A DNA stretch of 48,094 nt from Dicyema japonicum (GCA_011109175.1 RDEW01000004.1:1853769-1901862), one strand, 5' to 3'; shown: positions 12,441 through 26,110, counted from the first letter of the stretch. The notes: generated from the letters alone by a model not told the origin. A program made the numbers and translations.

Positions 12441-14047
12441 GAGGGTAAACAAGACTATTTATTAACAGAGTCATCAAAAATAACAGATTTCTTACTGCGA
12501 TTGGTACTCTTCTTTGTCTTAAGAATACTCCTCTGTAAAATAATAATACATAAAACCGGTGTGGATGTGTACACGTTGACTGACCCTAAAAGACCACTAC
12601 TCACGATGTCTGCAATCATAACAAACCATACCCCTAACAAAACTCCTACTCACATTGGCTATATCACTATCATCCCCTACAGGATCAGGATTTGGCAGCA
12701 CAAGATATGGAGGTGTCTCAATATCTACTATGGAAATGCAAACACCACCTGATTCAGCACCTTTTTTCATTAGTCTAATCGATCGTCTTTTTTTATTCAG
12801 AAATGAAATCTAAATTAGTTCCAATAAATACGGATAGATGGCTTAAAGAAACCTATAAATCATAAAAACAAATACATCGAGATTAGAGTCATCAATATTT
12901 CCTTCATCATTTTCTACGAAAATAATATTAATAATAAATAAAAATAAATTTAAAAATATAAATTTAAATAAATAAAACCAATTTTCGGCGGGCAATCATT
13001 TCCTTCACAGTGGAGCGAATTAAGATCCTCTTTAGAAGGTTGTATTGCCTTATGTACAGAGACATCTTTTTCAACAACTTTGTTGTCATCAAAATGTTCA
13101 AACATAAGCTTTTTTCTAGAAGCCCTTGAATCATTCATACTATTACTTGCTTTTGTTACCTTTGGGAGACTTTTTTATCTTGGCAGCAAGAGCCTTTATC
13201 CTCAGCTCCGCACCCTTAGTCAGTCTCACGGATGATAACTCTGAGTGTGCTAAAACTGAAGGTTATGGTAAAACTGGCTAAAGTAGGTTTATGCACGGGC
13301 TTGGGTAAGCTCCTAACGGGAGGATTAAAAGTTTGTAGAGTCTCGAGGTTCTTTTTTTCTGGGCGCGCACCGACTAGAAATGGTTTTGGTCGAGGAGTCT
13401 TGGTGTTAGCTTTTATTTTCAGCCAATTGTTGAGCTTTACTCGTCTTTGGTCGATTTCTTGAGATGATTAAGAAACGGACCTTCTACGACGGATTCCTCT
13501 ACGTATTCTGAGAGGTCTCTATTTGCGTTAAAACGTTGGGTCCTTTTGCCAATTCTCATGTTTCTATTTCTCTTAGAGATGTTCAATGGTCTGTTCTGTT
13601 TGTATTTTAATTCCCTGTGAGTTACTTCAAGAAATACCTGTCCGTCATTCTCAACTGTTAGCACCAACTAAACTTATTATTAGCGGCTTTAAAATGCTAT
13701 TTCTAAATTTAAATTTGTTAAACCATAAAAAAATGTATAAAATATTTTGAATATAATTTTATTTGAATAATTCAAAAATATAATTATTAATTTATTTATT
13801 TTGTCTTATAAATACTATAAATGAATGTTAATTAATACGTGGCTATAAAGTATTACGAGTAAATTATCTAATTAAGTGGATATTAATTTATATTTCTGGT
13901 AATCTTACTCCTTATTTTAAAAGGCTGTTCCACCAACTCGCTCTTATTCCGATCCGATAGACTAGGTCGTCCGTTTGTGGGCCAAGGATTCCTAACGTCT
14001 TAAAGGCAAAACGGAAAAACAAATTATTCTCAGAAAATGATGTACTA

Positions 14048-14210
14048 CAGGATTGTCAAACTCAAAAAACTTCAGAACCGCATAAGATAAATTGAGTATA
14101 CAAGCGGGTCACACTAACAATTCTGAAAAAAACGTAATCTTATTGAATTGTAATAATTTTCAAGTCTACTAAAACGGCTTTATTACGATAAAACTCCACA
14201 AAAGAGTGGC
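14048..14210. mobile_element. hAT (Buster/Charlie-type) terminal fragment
   Basis: caggattgtcaaactc terminus preceded by the 8-mer atgTActa. The subterminal sequence is homologous to 34570-34770 and to the reverse complement of 47180-47298. Confidence 0.65.
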
Positions 14211-14559
14211 AAAAAAGTAAAACGATTAAATTATCTAATTAAATGGATTTTAACACAAATCACTGGTATCACTCTACTTCTAGTAGAAGATGAGTGCTCC
14301 ACCAACTACATTTTATTCCACATCCCCATAGCAGAGTAAGTCGAAATATCTCTGTTAGAGTTCAGTGGAATGTCCTCACGCCATGCTAGTTCCACAAGTC
14401 GAGAGGTAGCAGAGATGTACTCTTCATCGAAAACCTAAATCACATATTCGTGTTCAATTAGCATGCTTTCGAGAGTCCTTTAGGTCCATTAATTTCTTGG
14501 GAAAATATTTTATTAGATACAAGCTAGACAAAAAAGAGCCTTCAAAATTACGGTAAGAT

Positions 14560-14760
14560 GGACTTCTAGAGAGTCCCAGTCTCAAATGCCTCTAGAATCC
14601 ATAACACGCATGATCCGTGGAACGTTCCGTTGTGACTACGAAGATCCATTGATTCGGCCGATACGTGCTTGTGTGGGATCGAAGGAAGAGCATCGAGCCA
14701 TGCTGAACTTGCAACCGTGGTCTTTGGTATTATTATTAATTTTTTAATCATAATCAATTA
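14560..14760 (+). mobile_element. LINE family A 3' fragment
   Basis: gatacgtgcttgtgtgggatcgaaggaagagcatcgagcc...accgtggtctttggtattattatt is homologous to 34150-34390. Confidence 0.75.
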
Positions 14761-15960
14761 ATTAACATAAAACGTGTTTGATTTACTTTTATGTCAAAGA
14801 ACACTAATTCGTCACGTGGCGCCATGTGTGATGTGAAAAACTGGTTAAAGATTTCTACTTGTTTTTTCTGCTTTTACTCTTCCCTATCCTACTAAAGTTG
14901 CGTCATATAATCCACAAATGTCACGTGGCGCCCAGTGCTAGGGAGTAACGAAAAAGGATAATTGCTCTTCCTTCTACTGCACTAAAATTCATCAAAGAAA
15001 TTTAAAAGTGCTACAAGAAATAATAAATCTAGAAGATATATATTCAGAGATATTGGATGTTTCCAGATGTTATTACAACAGGGTATTCATCTGAATAATT
15101 TTTAGATAGGGTAGCGGGTTTGCTGCAGTAAAATATTATTTCGATTAGATCAGATCCTCAATGATTTGAGCAGAAAAAATTTACATAACATAAAGCATTT
15201 AAAGGGATGAAAGATTTGGATTTTGTGGAGGATCCACTGGAGGTAAAGTAATATTTTAGAGACAGTAAAATAATGAAATTGAGCGTTGAACAGAAAATTT
15301 AAAATATAACACGAATTAACTATTGCGATTTACAGATGCCTTGCAACGACTAAATTGAATTTCACGTGGCACCTTGTATGTCAGTTTTCTAGCTTACAGA
15401 CGCATGAAAGTGGGGTCATCAACTGGATAAGTATCCATTTAAGTTCTTTTTGGTTGAATTGGTGACGTGGTTCTAAAATAAAAAAATGCTGTCTTCACAT
15501 GATTTGAGAAAACTTTTCACATTGATGTCATTCTAGGCCTTAACGAGAAATGGAAAAGGGAAAATTTGAGCAGAGACCTAACAGCCTACAATATTACCAT
15601 GTGCATTACTCAAGAGATTATGTAAGAGAGCCCACGAGAATTATGGAGAATTTAGTCTTTGTCCGCTAAACTCAGAATGAAAAAAAACTACGTTCTTGGT
15701 TTTGCTATTCATAAATATTTTGATGAGAGGATCTACAGACTATGAGAAATTAATGACATGATAGTTTACTCAAAATAAAGACCGAGAAGGTCTATAGATC
15801 CTTTATTTATATTATGTGTACGTTCCTACTATTGCAAGGCTTTCAAAAAACAGATGAATCGGATTCATTCTCATTTCATTAACTGACACTATCCCTTATC
15901 TCAAAACATTGTTTTTGACATTTTTATGTGGTGACTGGAAATTAAGCAGAAAATGTGAGC

Positions 15961-16388
15961 TTAGACGCTGCCGGACACCCTTATATACTAGAACCAGTTC
16001 GCCTTTGCTGACATGACGGGAAATGGTCCGATGGGATAACCATATTCCCCTTTGAAGCTGGGAACTCTCTTGTCTTGGATGTCACTTGCAACGACATATT
16101 CGCCATTTGAAACTTATATCAGAGTGCCTCTGGCTGTTCCGCTGCTGAGAAGGTCGAAAGGTCAAAACTAGCAAAGTACTTTGTTCTATCAGATGATTTT
16201 TTGTTTGTCCCGCTCACGGTCGAAATGTCTGGTTCACTTGGGCTTGCGACGCTAGAATTCTTGAGTCGTCTAGGAATTCTGATTTCTAGATGAACAAGAG
16301 ATCTCCATGAGCGCTGCAGGTTATTCGAGCAATTCTTGCTCGCCAATCTTAGAGGGAATAGCCACAAAGTCAGGGCGGCTGCTGTATG
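15961..16388 (+). mobile_element. CRE-like RLE domain fragment
   Basis: Single frame with 3 stops: ILEPVRLC*HDGKWSDGITIFPFEAGNSLVLDVTC...VERSKLAKY...FVPLTVEMSGSLG...LRGNS. Confidence 0.85.
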
Positions 16389-17989
16389 ACCTTTTTTGTT
16401 TATTTTGTAATAACAAAAATTAATCTATCCAAAAAAAAGCAGGAGATTTCTCTCATGGATATAAAAAAAACCACCGGAAATAATCTGAATGGTACTGTCG
16501 AGGCTATTAAAAAAACTTACTATCGGAGATTGTTTAACAGCATTTCTGTAAACAACCGAAAAGAAATGGAAGTCTGTTGGTCCGTTTGAGAAATCATCGA
16601 AATGGTTAAATCTACCAATTAGTATTGATGAGACTCAATAAACTGAATAATAACAGAGCTGTTTGGTAATATACACGAGAATGACTACAAGGTAGAGAGG
16701 TAGGGGTTAATAACAACTAAAATTTAGATTGTTTTGTGGGCAATGATAATTCATGCTTAACAGCAACACTTCTAAAACAATTGGTCATCAATAACGGAAT
16801 GGAAGTAGCTGAGAAAAACATTATACAGCAGTAACTGCTCATGTTCAGAATTGTCTTTCCACCAACGCGGCATAAAACTGGAGATCCTGGAACTGCAGAT
16901 GTTGGGACATTACCTGATTTATCCTACTAAAAATTGGCAGTTAAAGACATTGATGAAACTGGAAAAATTTTTCTACCAAAAATGTAACTAAAAATAACAT
17001 TTAAGATATTAAGCAACATAAAATACAGTGACATTAAAAGGCATTCGCTCTAATTGAACACAGCCCACGTGAGTGACAAAAAGGTGACGGGGAGAGTGCC
17101 TTCTAGTGGATTATACAACGTCCCTAAATGACTTTCTTAATATTCCAATCTTCATTAAGGAAGGCAAATTGGGTACTTTGAGTTTATGGAAGATCAGGCT
17201 TCTCGTTAAAAAAAATTGGACTTTGGTGGAAAAATTGGACTGCTAATAAATTCATTAATTCCATTTAATGGTAACTGCCCACATGAAAAGTAACCCCCTG
17301 TTGTATAGATTGATTGAACAGAGTGACAAATTCAGGAGAATTGGAATCCTCAAACCTTCTTAAACTGACTACGGACACAAGAAATTACTGGATTCTAATA
17401 TATATGAACTTAAACGAAAATGGTCTTATTGATAGCGGCCTTCCTTTTAATACGGAATCTCACGAAAAAGGTTCAACAAAATTCTTGGAATTTCTTCGTT
17501 TGTCTATTACAATCTTTACGCCCGTGTGTTATATTGTGGATTTAGGAGTTAACCAAGTGGCTCATTGATTTAAAAATTGGGGTGGTGTACCTCTATTTCA
17601 TGAAATATCTACGTCTCCCATATCTTCTTTCTAGTGAGCGTTGACAAAATGACAGACTCAGGTAACATCAGAAACCCTAAATTGTAAGCAAGGAACTGTT
17701 ATCTGGGATTGAACTTCGTCGGATCTGTGAATAAAAAAACTGAAGGATCATCTTTGAAGCTGCACATATAAGTTGATAGAGGAGTCTTAGCCATAAAGTA
17801 TGACTTGTAGTAACTAACCATACCCTCAACTAACCCCTTTGTTAACCCCCTATTAAACAAATAAAATATTCCTTAGAAAACTTTAACTATGCAAAGTCAG
17901 ATAAGAAAATTTGACTAAAGGCAAAGTCAAGAATATGCAAAATTAACTTTCCTTAGTAAAGGTCACTAAAATGAGTTCAAATAAACAAT

Positions 17990-18290
17990 TGTCAGTTGTT
18001 GTAATCTAAAAAACTTCTTTCGGAAAGCTCCGGCTTCTTGGAAATATCTGAGGCGAGAATATCGTCAGCATAAGGGACTCAGTATTGCCATATATTGTCA
18101 ATTGGACGTCAGCAACAAAAATATCAAAAAGAAGCAAACTCAAGACGGAACCCTGAGGGATCGACGTTGGTCTCACTTTGATGCTTGTTAAGCAGAGAGT
18201 TTATCTTATCACGTTTTCAGATTCATCATACAGATTTCTAGGAACGCCACATTTGCTGTTACGTTTTTGTTAGCTACTGGTCCTTTGTTT
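17990..18290 (-). mobile_element. LINE RT core fragment
   Basis: IPQGSVLSLLLFDI...ADV...YADDIL with frameshifts. Confidence 0.7.
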
Positions 18291-19118
18291 GAATGATGGG
18301 GGTAAATAAATATATATAATTACGAGACAATACTTTTGTGTCCAGATTGGAGATAGTCAGAGTTATAACTTCATAGTGGCTGGTAAATAAGAATACCTCA
18401 TATAAAGATGTTGTCTACTATCTCACCATATTATCCCCCAGCATAGAAACATCCAATATTGTGTTAGTCTATGTAGTAATGAAAAGTCCTTTTTAATTGT
18501 GGCATCAGTTTTAACAGGATTACTAAGAAAAATGTCAGGATATACAAGTCAGTAAGGATGACTACAAGTCCATATTAGCTTATTGTTAGCTGTCGGAATT
18601 AAAACTACTATAATTCCAAGGTGTGACATAAACAAATCAATTAATAAGACACGTGGAATTATTAAGAATATTTGGGAATTAATAACTAGATAATTAGTCT
18701 TTTGCTTTCCACAGGCAGACTTACCAAATTTGGACTAAAGGGATTGGAACCCCGACAATGCTACATCCGATGCCTCTTTGTATCCAATGTCTCCTGAGTC
18801 CAAGAAAAGAGACTATGCGTTATATCCACACTGATGAGATTGAAAAATAATGAGTACTGGGCTATTCCATAGTTCACCAGAACTTCGACATCTGTTAAAT
18901 CAATTTCCAAATATAAATGATTAAATCATTAGCAATAATCATGGAATAATATTAAATCTCGTTTTATACGCGGTCTTTAAACAGATCATGTAAGTTCTAC
19001 AGGATTCTTAGCTGTGACCTTGATTAGGTGTGCAGAAGGAATATAGTCCATCTCCATAAAAAGAAGAGACAAAGGTTCATTCAGTAATGAAACATTAACT
19101 ATTCGTGCAATTAGTTAG

Positions 19119-19990
19119 TTAAGTAACCCCAGCCTCACTAACTTGCAGGAGGCCAGCAGCTATTAAGTAGTACGCAGCAGATGTTGGTCGCTCCCATAGA
19201 TCGGTCAGTTCCGGCATTGTGGAGAAATGTTGTGCCAATTCATGACATTGAAATAGGTGATTTGTTGTCAGCACGTGGAGGTTGCAAAAGGGGCAGAGTA
19301 CATCATAAGCTGGTAGATATGGGTGGTGCCCACATCGTAGACGAGCCAGGTTTACTCGCACGTCCCTTGAAAGAGAGGATTCTGATTGGTCTATTGGAGG
19401 AGGGGGTCGCTGTAATATTTTATTGTCTCCGAGTCTTCGGATGCTTCTTGTAGAAACAAAATCGTGTATCTGTTTCAGACGACTCCTGTCATTGGGGATG
19501 GAAGGAATGGATGATAACATCCGAGACAGGTCACTGGTTGTCATAATTTTTTCCTTTTGTTTTGCGGCTTGCATAGGGAGTGGCAGAGATGTTCTAAACT
19601 CTAGGCTTGGGAGAGGAACTGCAGGGCTCTCATTTCCAGATGGTCTCCAATTGGAAGGATCTTTGACTCCCAATGTAGATGATCGACGAGAGTTTATATG
19701 AGACATCCAGTAATTATCCTAAGCGCGATGTTTTGTACTTTGTCAATAGAAGTAAGAGAGGCAGAGGTTGACCAGCAAGGGCTTGCATAGTTAATAGTTG
19801 TTCGAATGAATTGTATAAATATGATGGTTAGGCCTTCTTTGCTTTGGCCAAAGGAATGACCTTACACATCTTTAAGTATGTTGATCTTGTGAGAGGCTTT
19901 GTACATTGTTCCTCCACATGTTTAGAGAAAGTTAGTAGTTGGCCATAAATAACTCCAAGTATTTTGGGATGATTCGTGCAATAGAGCAAC
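19119..19990 (-). mobile_element. LINE family B (I-group, Ingi-like) 3' third with C-terminal zinc finger
   Basis: PKILGVIY...LTFSKHV; FIRTTINYASPCW...VQNIALRIITGC; NKILQRPPPPIDQSE..LSRDVRVNLARLRCG...CPFC...HLFQC...DLWERP. Confidence 0.85.
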
Positions 19991-20084
19991 GCTACAAGCT
20001 AACCTGAGGAACACTTAACTAGCAAAATAACAAAGATATTCAATTAATAGTTTAATTAATTTTAATTATTATAATTTAAATTAT

Positions 20085-20247
20085 TCCCCACTCCACTGGA
20101 GGGGTTTCCACAACTGCATGTAATGGACGTCTTACCTTTTATGCTGATTCCGGATGGACTCTGTTTCTGTAGAAGTGGAAACTGGATGCACTTAATTAGT
20201 TGGTTACTTTAACTTCTTTCTCGGTGTATCCGGGGTTAATAAAAAAA
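20085..20247 (+). mobile_element. Retroelement 3' end (family D)
   Basis: Ends cttctttctcggtgtatccggggttaat(A)n. Second copy at 36380-36467, diverged copy at 700-843. Confidence 0.6.
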
Positions 20248-20830
20248 ATTAACCCCAGTCTCGCTAACTTTTAGGAAAATAGTACTGAGCTGTTAAGACA
20301 TGACCCTCCCAGAGATCCATTCTTTCACTTCGAGCCCTGGTGGTCCATGGCAAAAAAGAGATCCTGGGGAGAATCCTAGTTTACCAATGTAGATTGTCTG
20401 TGGGGGGTGGATCTTATGAATTCTGTAATAACTCGCAAGACGGAGTTCTGGATTAGACTGAGACATTAGACAGTTAGAGATACTTTGGACCCATGTAAGA
20501 AATTTACTTAGTTCGGTGGTAAGACATTTTAATGCTGGCTGAAGTATAGATTAAAAGTAACACTCAGTATTTTGGGTGTTTGATGACAGGGAGAGGACAA
20601 TAATTAGTGATAGAGTTGGTGAGCTGTTAAACTGTCTCTTGTCAGACCTGAAAGGGTGAAAGATGATTTCGTAGTGAAAGGGGTATCCAGTTGGAGTCAT
20701 CCGTTACTCATAAGGTCCATATGAAAATGCAACGTGACTCTCTGAATGTCTGAGTCATTGGCAATATCATCGGCATACGTAAGGACAATTGAGTTTGGAG
20801 TAGTCGGAATACTAGTCAGGTGTCGATTGA
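20248..20830 (-). mobile_element. LINE family B fragment, internally deleted
   Basis: PNSIVLTYADDIA, HPKILSVTF, QNSVLRVIT and DLWE motifs. Ends in ggggttaatttt. Confidence 0.7.
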
Positions 20831-21489
20831 AAGGCATTTTGTTAAAACTAACGTTTAGTTGTTTTGGATTAAAATTAATCTTAATTTTAAAAATAATAAA
20901 TTTTAATATTTCATTTAGGCTACGGGTTCGAATCTCGCTGCTGTTCGGTTTAAGATTGTACTTTGACTTCCATCTTTATTTAATCAACTGTGCACGGTTC
21001 ATGGGGGGAATAAATCATGATGTTTTGCTCTTGTATAAGTAGAGCGTCCAACCTCCATCAAGTGTATCGTTGCCCATGTTCGTCCATTAATTAAGGAATT
21101 GCCTAGATGAAGTGAGAGTTGCCTACCCTGAAACAAATAACTCTGATGAAGGATTCTGTTAATTCGTAACGAATATCTCAATGGACAGTTAATTTTTGAA
21201 CCAGTTTCCATGGAAACATCAGGACTCACAGCGACTCATTATCAGATTGCTTATCGCACGGAGAAAAAAATGATAAAAGAGAAAGGAGCTTGCTTATTGA
21301 GTGTATTTCCTTACAGATCTTCAGGGCTTTACAGAAGAGTTAAAAAGGGAAATATCTTCCCTTGGCGAACAAATACTTCTTTCAAATCATTTTAGTGTTA
21401 TCTCTGACGAAGATCCACTGACACTTGATACGTTTGCGGACAAAACATCTTTGTCCGAGACTATTAAATTTTTGACGTATCAATTAAAA

Positions 21490-23180
21490 TAATATCATCC
21501 ACGTGGATTAATATATGCGAGTTATGACAAGGCGGTTAGGAAGACTAGCCATGGATATATTGAATATCAGTAGGCTTAATACAGAGCTCCAAGAGACTCT
21601 TCTGACTAGCGAGATCCCTCCTGAGATACTTCCTCCGACTTTCACAAAGGACTCCTTTTCCGATAAGAAATTTCTTATCCAGTTAAGTAGGTATTTAGGG
21701 ATATCCGCAAACACATGCTGATCCAGAAGAGCTTTATGCCATACACTGTCAAAGCTTTAGAAATATCCAGGCATACAAAGTTCAATTCCCACCGGCTATT
21801 AATGGTCTTCAGAATGACCGAATTCAACTGGTAGAAACAGTCTGCACACGATCTTCCGGGCCGAAAACCCCATTGGAACGAGAGCAAGAAATTAGTATCT
21901 TCTATGGGGAGAATCTCTGATCTCGTAAATTTGATGCTTTCAGGGAGTGTGTAGGATAATGGCCACAATCTTCTTTTCTCTGCAAACATAATTGCGATTG
22001 AAAAACGGTGAATTTGGCTTATCATCATGGGCATCGTTTATCGCCGGCTTCCCATGAAGACTGCCTGTCGACTTGTGATCGGACACATTGGTGAACCAAA
22101 TGATACACGCTAACAGTTCAAGCTCCCTGGAGTCAAAAGGGAAGATGAGGAACAGAAAAAACAGAAAATCTTCAATTCATGTAGCCACATAGCATCATAC
22201 TAACGTTGGTGCTACGTGGATTTTGATTTCTTGTACTCGAACCGTTTTTAGATAATTTTTTAATGTTTGAGTATTTTTGTATTGTTTAAATTTATTTTAG
22301 TAATGACTAGAAGTGGTGTTCTCTTCGTATCGTTTTGTAGCCTAAATTTTGATTATATTTTACTTATTGAAGTGACCAGAAGGAATTACAATCTTACACT
22401 ATTCGAAAATAAATTACTTATTGCTGTCTTCCAACTCTTACTCTTAACTGGATTTTGACTTTTTTGTCCACGAAATATGAAAAATTAATCCAATTTACAT
22501 TTTTGAATTGCAAGAATGTGTTTTGTTTTTCCCGGAAATAATCATGCATTTTATCCCAATAAGGAAGGGCTAACTGACAATTGACGCTATATGTGGGGAA
22601 ACCAAAGTAATGTCTAGTGAAGTGATATTGTCTTTCGCAGTATAAGGCGTATTCGTTAAGGATTATACGGTTTTCCAGTAATGAGAGTATAGAATTCCTC
22701 TGGTCTCGGGGTTTTGGCTTTTAAACCACATCGGGTGTTTAGCATCAAGATCCTCACAGAATAAAAAGTTTTAATAGTTATTTAATTCATCCAGTGAGAG
22801 TGTAAACTATTAGACAAGAGTCGGAAGGAAAATGTACATATTTTTTCCTGGAGGAAAAGTCAAAACTTTGGGTAGGAGAAACTATTAATTAATACATCCG
22901 GCTTTCACAGCCGAACGGATGGAGACGAGTTCCTTCAGGCATATAAATCTATTAAGAACCCGAAGTAAAGGAATAAAGTGTCCAGTTGTGGGAATCCCTC
23001 AAAAGAGTGAGGTAACGTTAATTGTCCCATTGGTTCCATCCTGACATTAGGATGACATGGTTTGGTAGACTTCATGAACAGGGGAAGAAAGGATCAGATA
23101 AAAAAGAAATCTTCGACTTAGTAGCTAATGGGAGAATCAGACTCATGGACAATTAAAAAACACTAAATGAGTTCAAAATT
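21490..23180 (-). mobile_element. LINE family C, APE plus RT N-half, 3'-truncated
   Basis: APE: EDLDAKHPMW...RG...SLDITLVSP (22530-22800). RT: FQWGFRPGRSCAD...FVCLDISKA; IPKYLLNWIRNFLS...SVLSLLIFNI. Confidence 0.8.
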
Positions 23181-23182
23181 AA

Positions 23183-23830
23183 ATTATTACCCCCAATTTC
23201 GCCATATATAGGAAACTGGCAACCTTCAGAAAACGCGCGGCTAAGAAAGGACGATCCCAGAGATCCATTACTTTCACGTCGTGCCTTGATAGTCCAGGGC
23301 AAGCAAAGAGATCCGAACTACTCTCCCAGCCCGAGATATAGGATTTCCACGTCTTAAACGAGAAAGTTCCAATCTAACGTCCCTTGGAAGAAGGAGTTCT
23401 GAAGCCCTAATCTCAGAAGGTTCTGCGTTCCTGCATCTTGTTCTCTTCAAAGGTTCATAGGACAAGCGTAGACTCAAAGCCATGTATATTTTTGGTTCAG
23501 GTTTGGACTTTTACTGAAGATGGATTTTCTTGAGTGTTATTTGGATGTCAATGAATGTTCTCCGTATGTGTCTGCGTTTACCCATTTAAGGTGGATACCC
23601 AGATACAGTATTTTTGACTCCCAATGTAACTGCCCAACTGGCAATTATTTCAAACAACCCGTTAAATTTCTCAATGCTGAATTTTGGATATTCTTCAATT
23701 TTTGTAGGAGGGAGAGTGATATGCATGGAGCCAAGCTTGGGGAGGCATAATTTGAATTGTCTGTTAAATAAGGTTAGACATTCCTTTTCCTGTCAGTGCA
23801 AGTGACCAGCTACAGCTCGAAGCAAAATAT
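23183..23830 (-). mobile_element. LINE family B 3' fragment
   Basis: NYASPS...IQNSALRNLTGC; SELLLPRDVRLELSRLRRG; MDLWDRPFLAARFL. Ends gggggtaataat. Confidence 0.75.
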
Positions 23831-24859
23831 AATTTAATATTTATAATATTCGAACAAATTAATTATAAAAGCTAATGTAACCTTAAGTAGTATCACATCT
23901 GGGTAAAGTATCAAGTCCGAGCTAAGTCGAAAGAAAATGATCATAGACAATGATCATTAAGTGAAAATTCAAAACCATAAACTGTGAATTACGACAGGGT
24001 TAATCTGACCCAAACCCGATTCCTTTAGATTTGGTGTACGACGTTGAATATACTCAGATTATGTAAATACTAAACGAGTAAGCAAAAAAGAGGCAAATTA
24101 GTGACGTCCAAACTTTTAAGATTCCTGTACACAAATAACGGAATTGGTACCCGTATGAGTAGTGGTCACTCCGAGTTTGTAAGACTTAAGTCTTCATAAG
24201 CTAGAAGAAAAAGAAAAACAGAAATCAAAGTGTGACCACTCCAAAATATGTAGGTCGATGGATTAGCTTTGGATATGACGAGGAATTGAAGAGGCAGACA
24301 GTTGAGCTACAAAAATGGGAGAACAAAAGCGAAGACTAATTTTTGAAAAACAAAAAAAGATCCAACCAGGCTACACGCGAGTAAGGAACCCAAGACAACC
24401 AAAGACTTAGGTTGCTGTACAATCTTCCAAAAAGTCATTTTTCTGCCTATTCCCGTCAGAGTAGACGACATACAGAACTGGGGTATCTGAAGCTGTTAAT
24501 GAAACCCATACAAAGTGATCAGAGTACAAAACTAAGGATGCTGTACCAATTAATGAAGCACTTATGAAAACGACCAATACGGCTATGGAGGACTCTGAAA
24601 ACTTGATAGTTCATATTTTAGTCTTTTCAGATATAAAAATCGTGAACGTACTTTACTTACACAACCGTTCTGGATCCACGTGGATGAGTCACAAACGCTC
24701 AGGTATCTTCGTCTGGAATTCCATGAAGAAGATGGCTTTTATTGAGGTCATGAACAACCCCATCTATTACAAAAGTCTCACATATGTATCGAAAAGGACA
24801 GATGCTGACAATGGCAAAGGTTCCATTGGATATAAGGCGGAGGCAACTTAGATAATTAC

Positions 24860-25050
24860 TGTGGTTTCTTCATAAGAAGGAATGCTTACTTGTGAATGGA
24901 TGAGAAGAGGTCTGACACTGCATATAAATGCAAGGAAAAAAGGAAATGTCTCCGTTGTACCGAAGAACATGACCTAATGGATTGAGAGGTGAAACCTGGA
25001 TTGAGACTGAACTGAATCAACTAAGGTTTTTCTTAACCTCAGGTGCGTTC
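24860..25050 (+). mobile_element. LINE ORF1 (gag-like) CCHC zinc-knuckle remnant
   Basis: TAYKCKEKRKCLRCTEEHDLMD*EVK fits H..C....C..C...H....C knuckle spacing. Confidence 0.55.
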
Positions 25051-25326
25051 TTCAAAAAGTAATGAGCCGGTTTGACAGAATTAAAGTAACATCTCTGAGA
25101 AGATCTCATAAGAATTGAAAAAATGTAATTTCAAGATTAAAAGAGCTTAGGAAAATTCTGGGAGTTAATTTAAATGCGATGGTGGACCTGGCAATGGAGA
25201 GACAGGCAACCTAAAAACCAGTTGATAAGAGACTTGAAGAGAGTGCTGGTGATGACTGATCTCTAGGGAAGAAGCATCATGATCTGGTACTATTTGCGGC
25301 AGCCACAAGGGCGGACGTCTTGGTGG

Positions 25327-25551
25327 TCAACGAAACAAAAAAAACACACACGTCATGGAAGGATACCATTCGGTGATATCCCTTGGAAGGATGACGCTAT
25401 AACCGGTGCGGGAAGATTTATTTTTTACCGGAGTGTTTAGAATTCGTGATCCATCAGTCATCTGTAATATATCTTGTGAATTCATAAGCATGGATGTTTG
25501 TTGTGGGGAATATGGATAGTGTTGAAGGTTTATCTTCAAAGAATTCGGCAA
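25327..25551 (-). mobile_element. Possible RNase H remnant of an I-group LINE
   Basis: QMTDGSR...RTGYSVIL resembles the YTDGS...G..V motif. It is a single short motif. Confidence 0.3.
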
Positions 25552-25629
25552 CTTGTTCTACAAAGACATAAGATTCTACAACAAGAATCCCTATTCCATC
25601 TTAGTTGTCGATCTTAATTCAAAAAATAC

Positions 25630-26110
25630 AAATTTGCTGCTACACGACAAATATGAACATGGGGAACCTCAAAAAACGATTTAGAGAGGCTAGACACTTT
25701 ACACAGAAGCCAACAGCGCATACTGACTGGAATCTCTTTGGCCGAGAATAAATCTCAAACGAGAAACTATATGCTCTATGTAAATCTACACCAATTAACA
25801 TGGACGTTATTTTATCGAGATAGCAACTATTTTGACATATTCTCAGACTGGACCCGACTACGCCGTGTAACAGAATAATGGAAGAATATTTCTATTGCGC
25901 CGGAAACCACGGATTTGGAAGCAGACCAAGAAATACACTTCCAATTTGCTTAAAAGATGATATAGAAACAATCGGTCGTAAATTGGTGACAGCAGACGAC
26001 CTGGATGATGTTCGAATGAGGACCAGAAACAAGATGGCGTTGGCGAGGAGGATGGCCGTAAAGCATGACTCAAGCGAAACCCTTTTAGGGCTACGCGAAG
26101 GAACTTTTAA
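25630..26110 (+). mobile_element. RTE-like LINE 3' fragment
   Basis: TWGTSKNDLERLDTLHR; SNEKLYALCKSTPI...QLF*HILRL...MEEYF...SRPRNTLPICLKDD. Confidence 0.8.

Noticed and set aside
17820-17860. Telomere-like taacccc strings
   Set aside because: Not a tandem array, and better explained as retroelement 3' ends.
19181-19701. Plus-strand ORFs here and similar short ORFs throughout the track
   Set aside because: Antisense or off-frame shadows of TE remnants with no independent homology signal.
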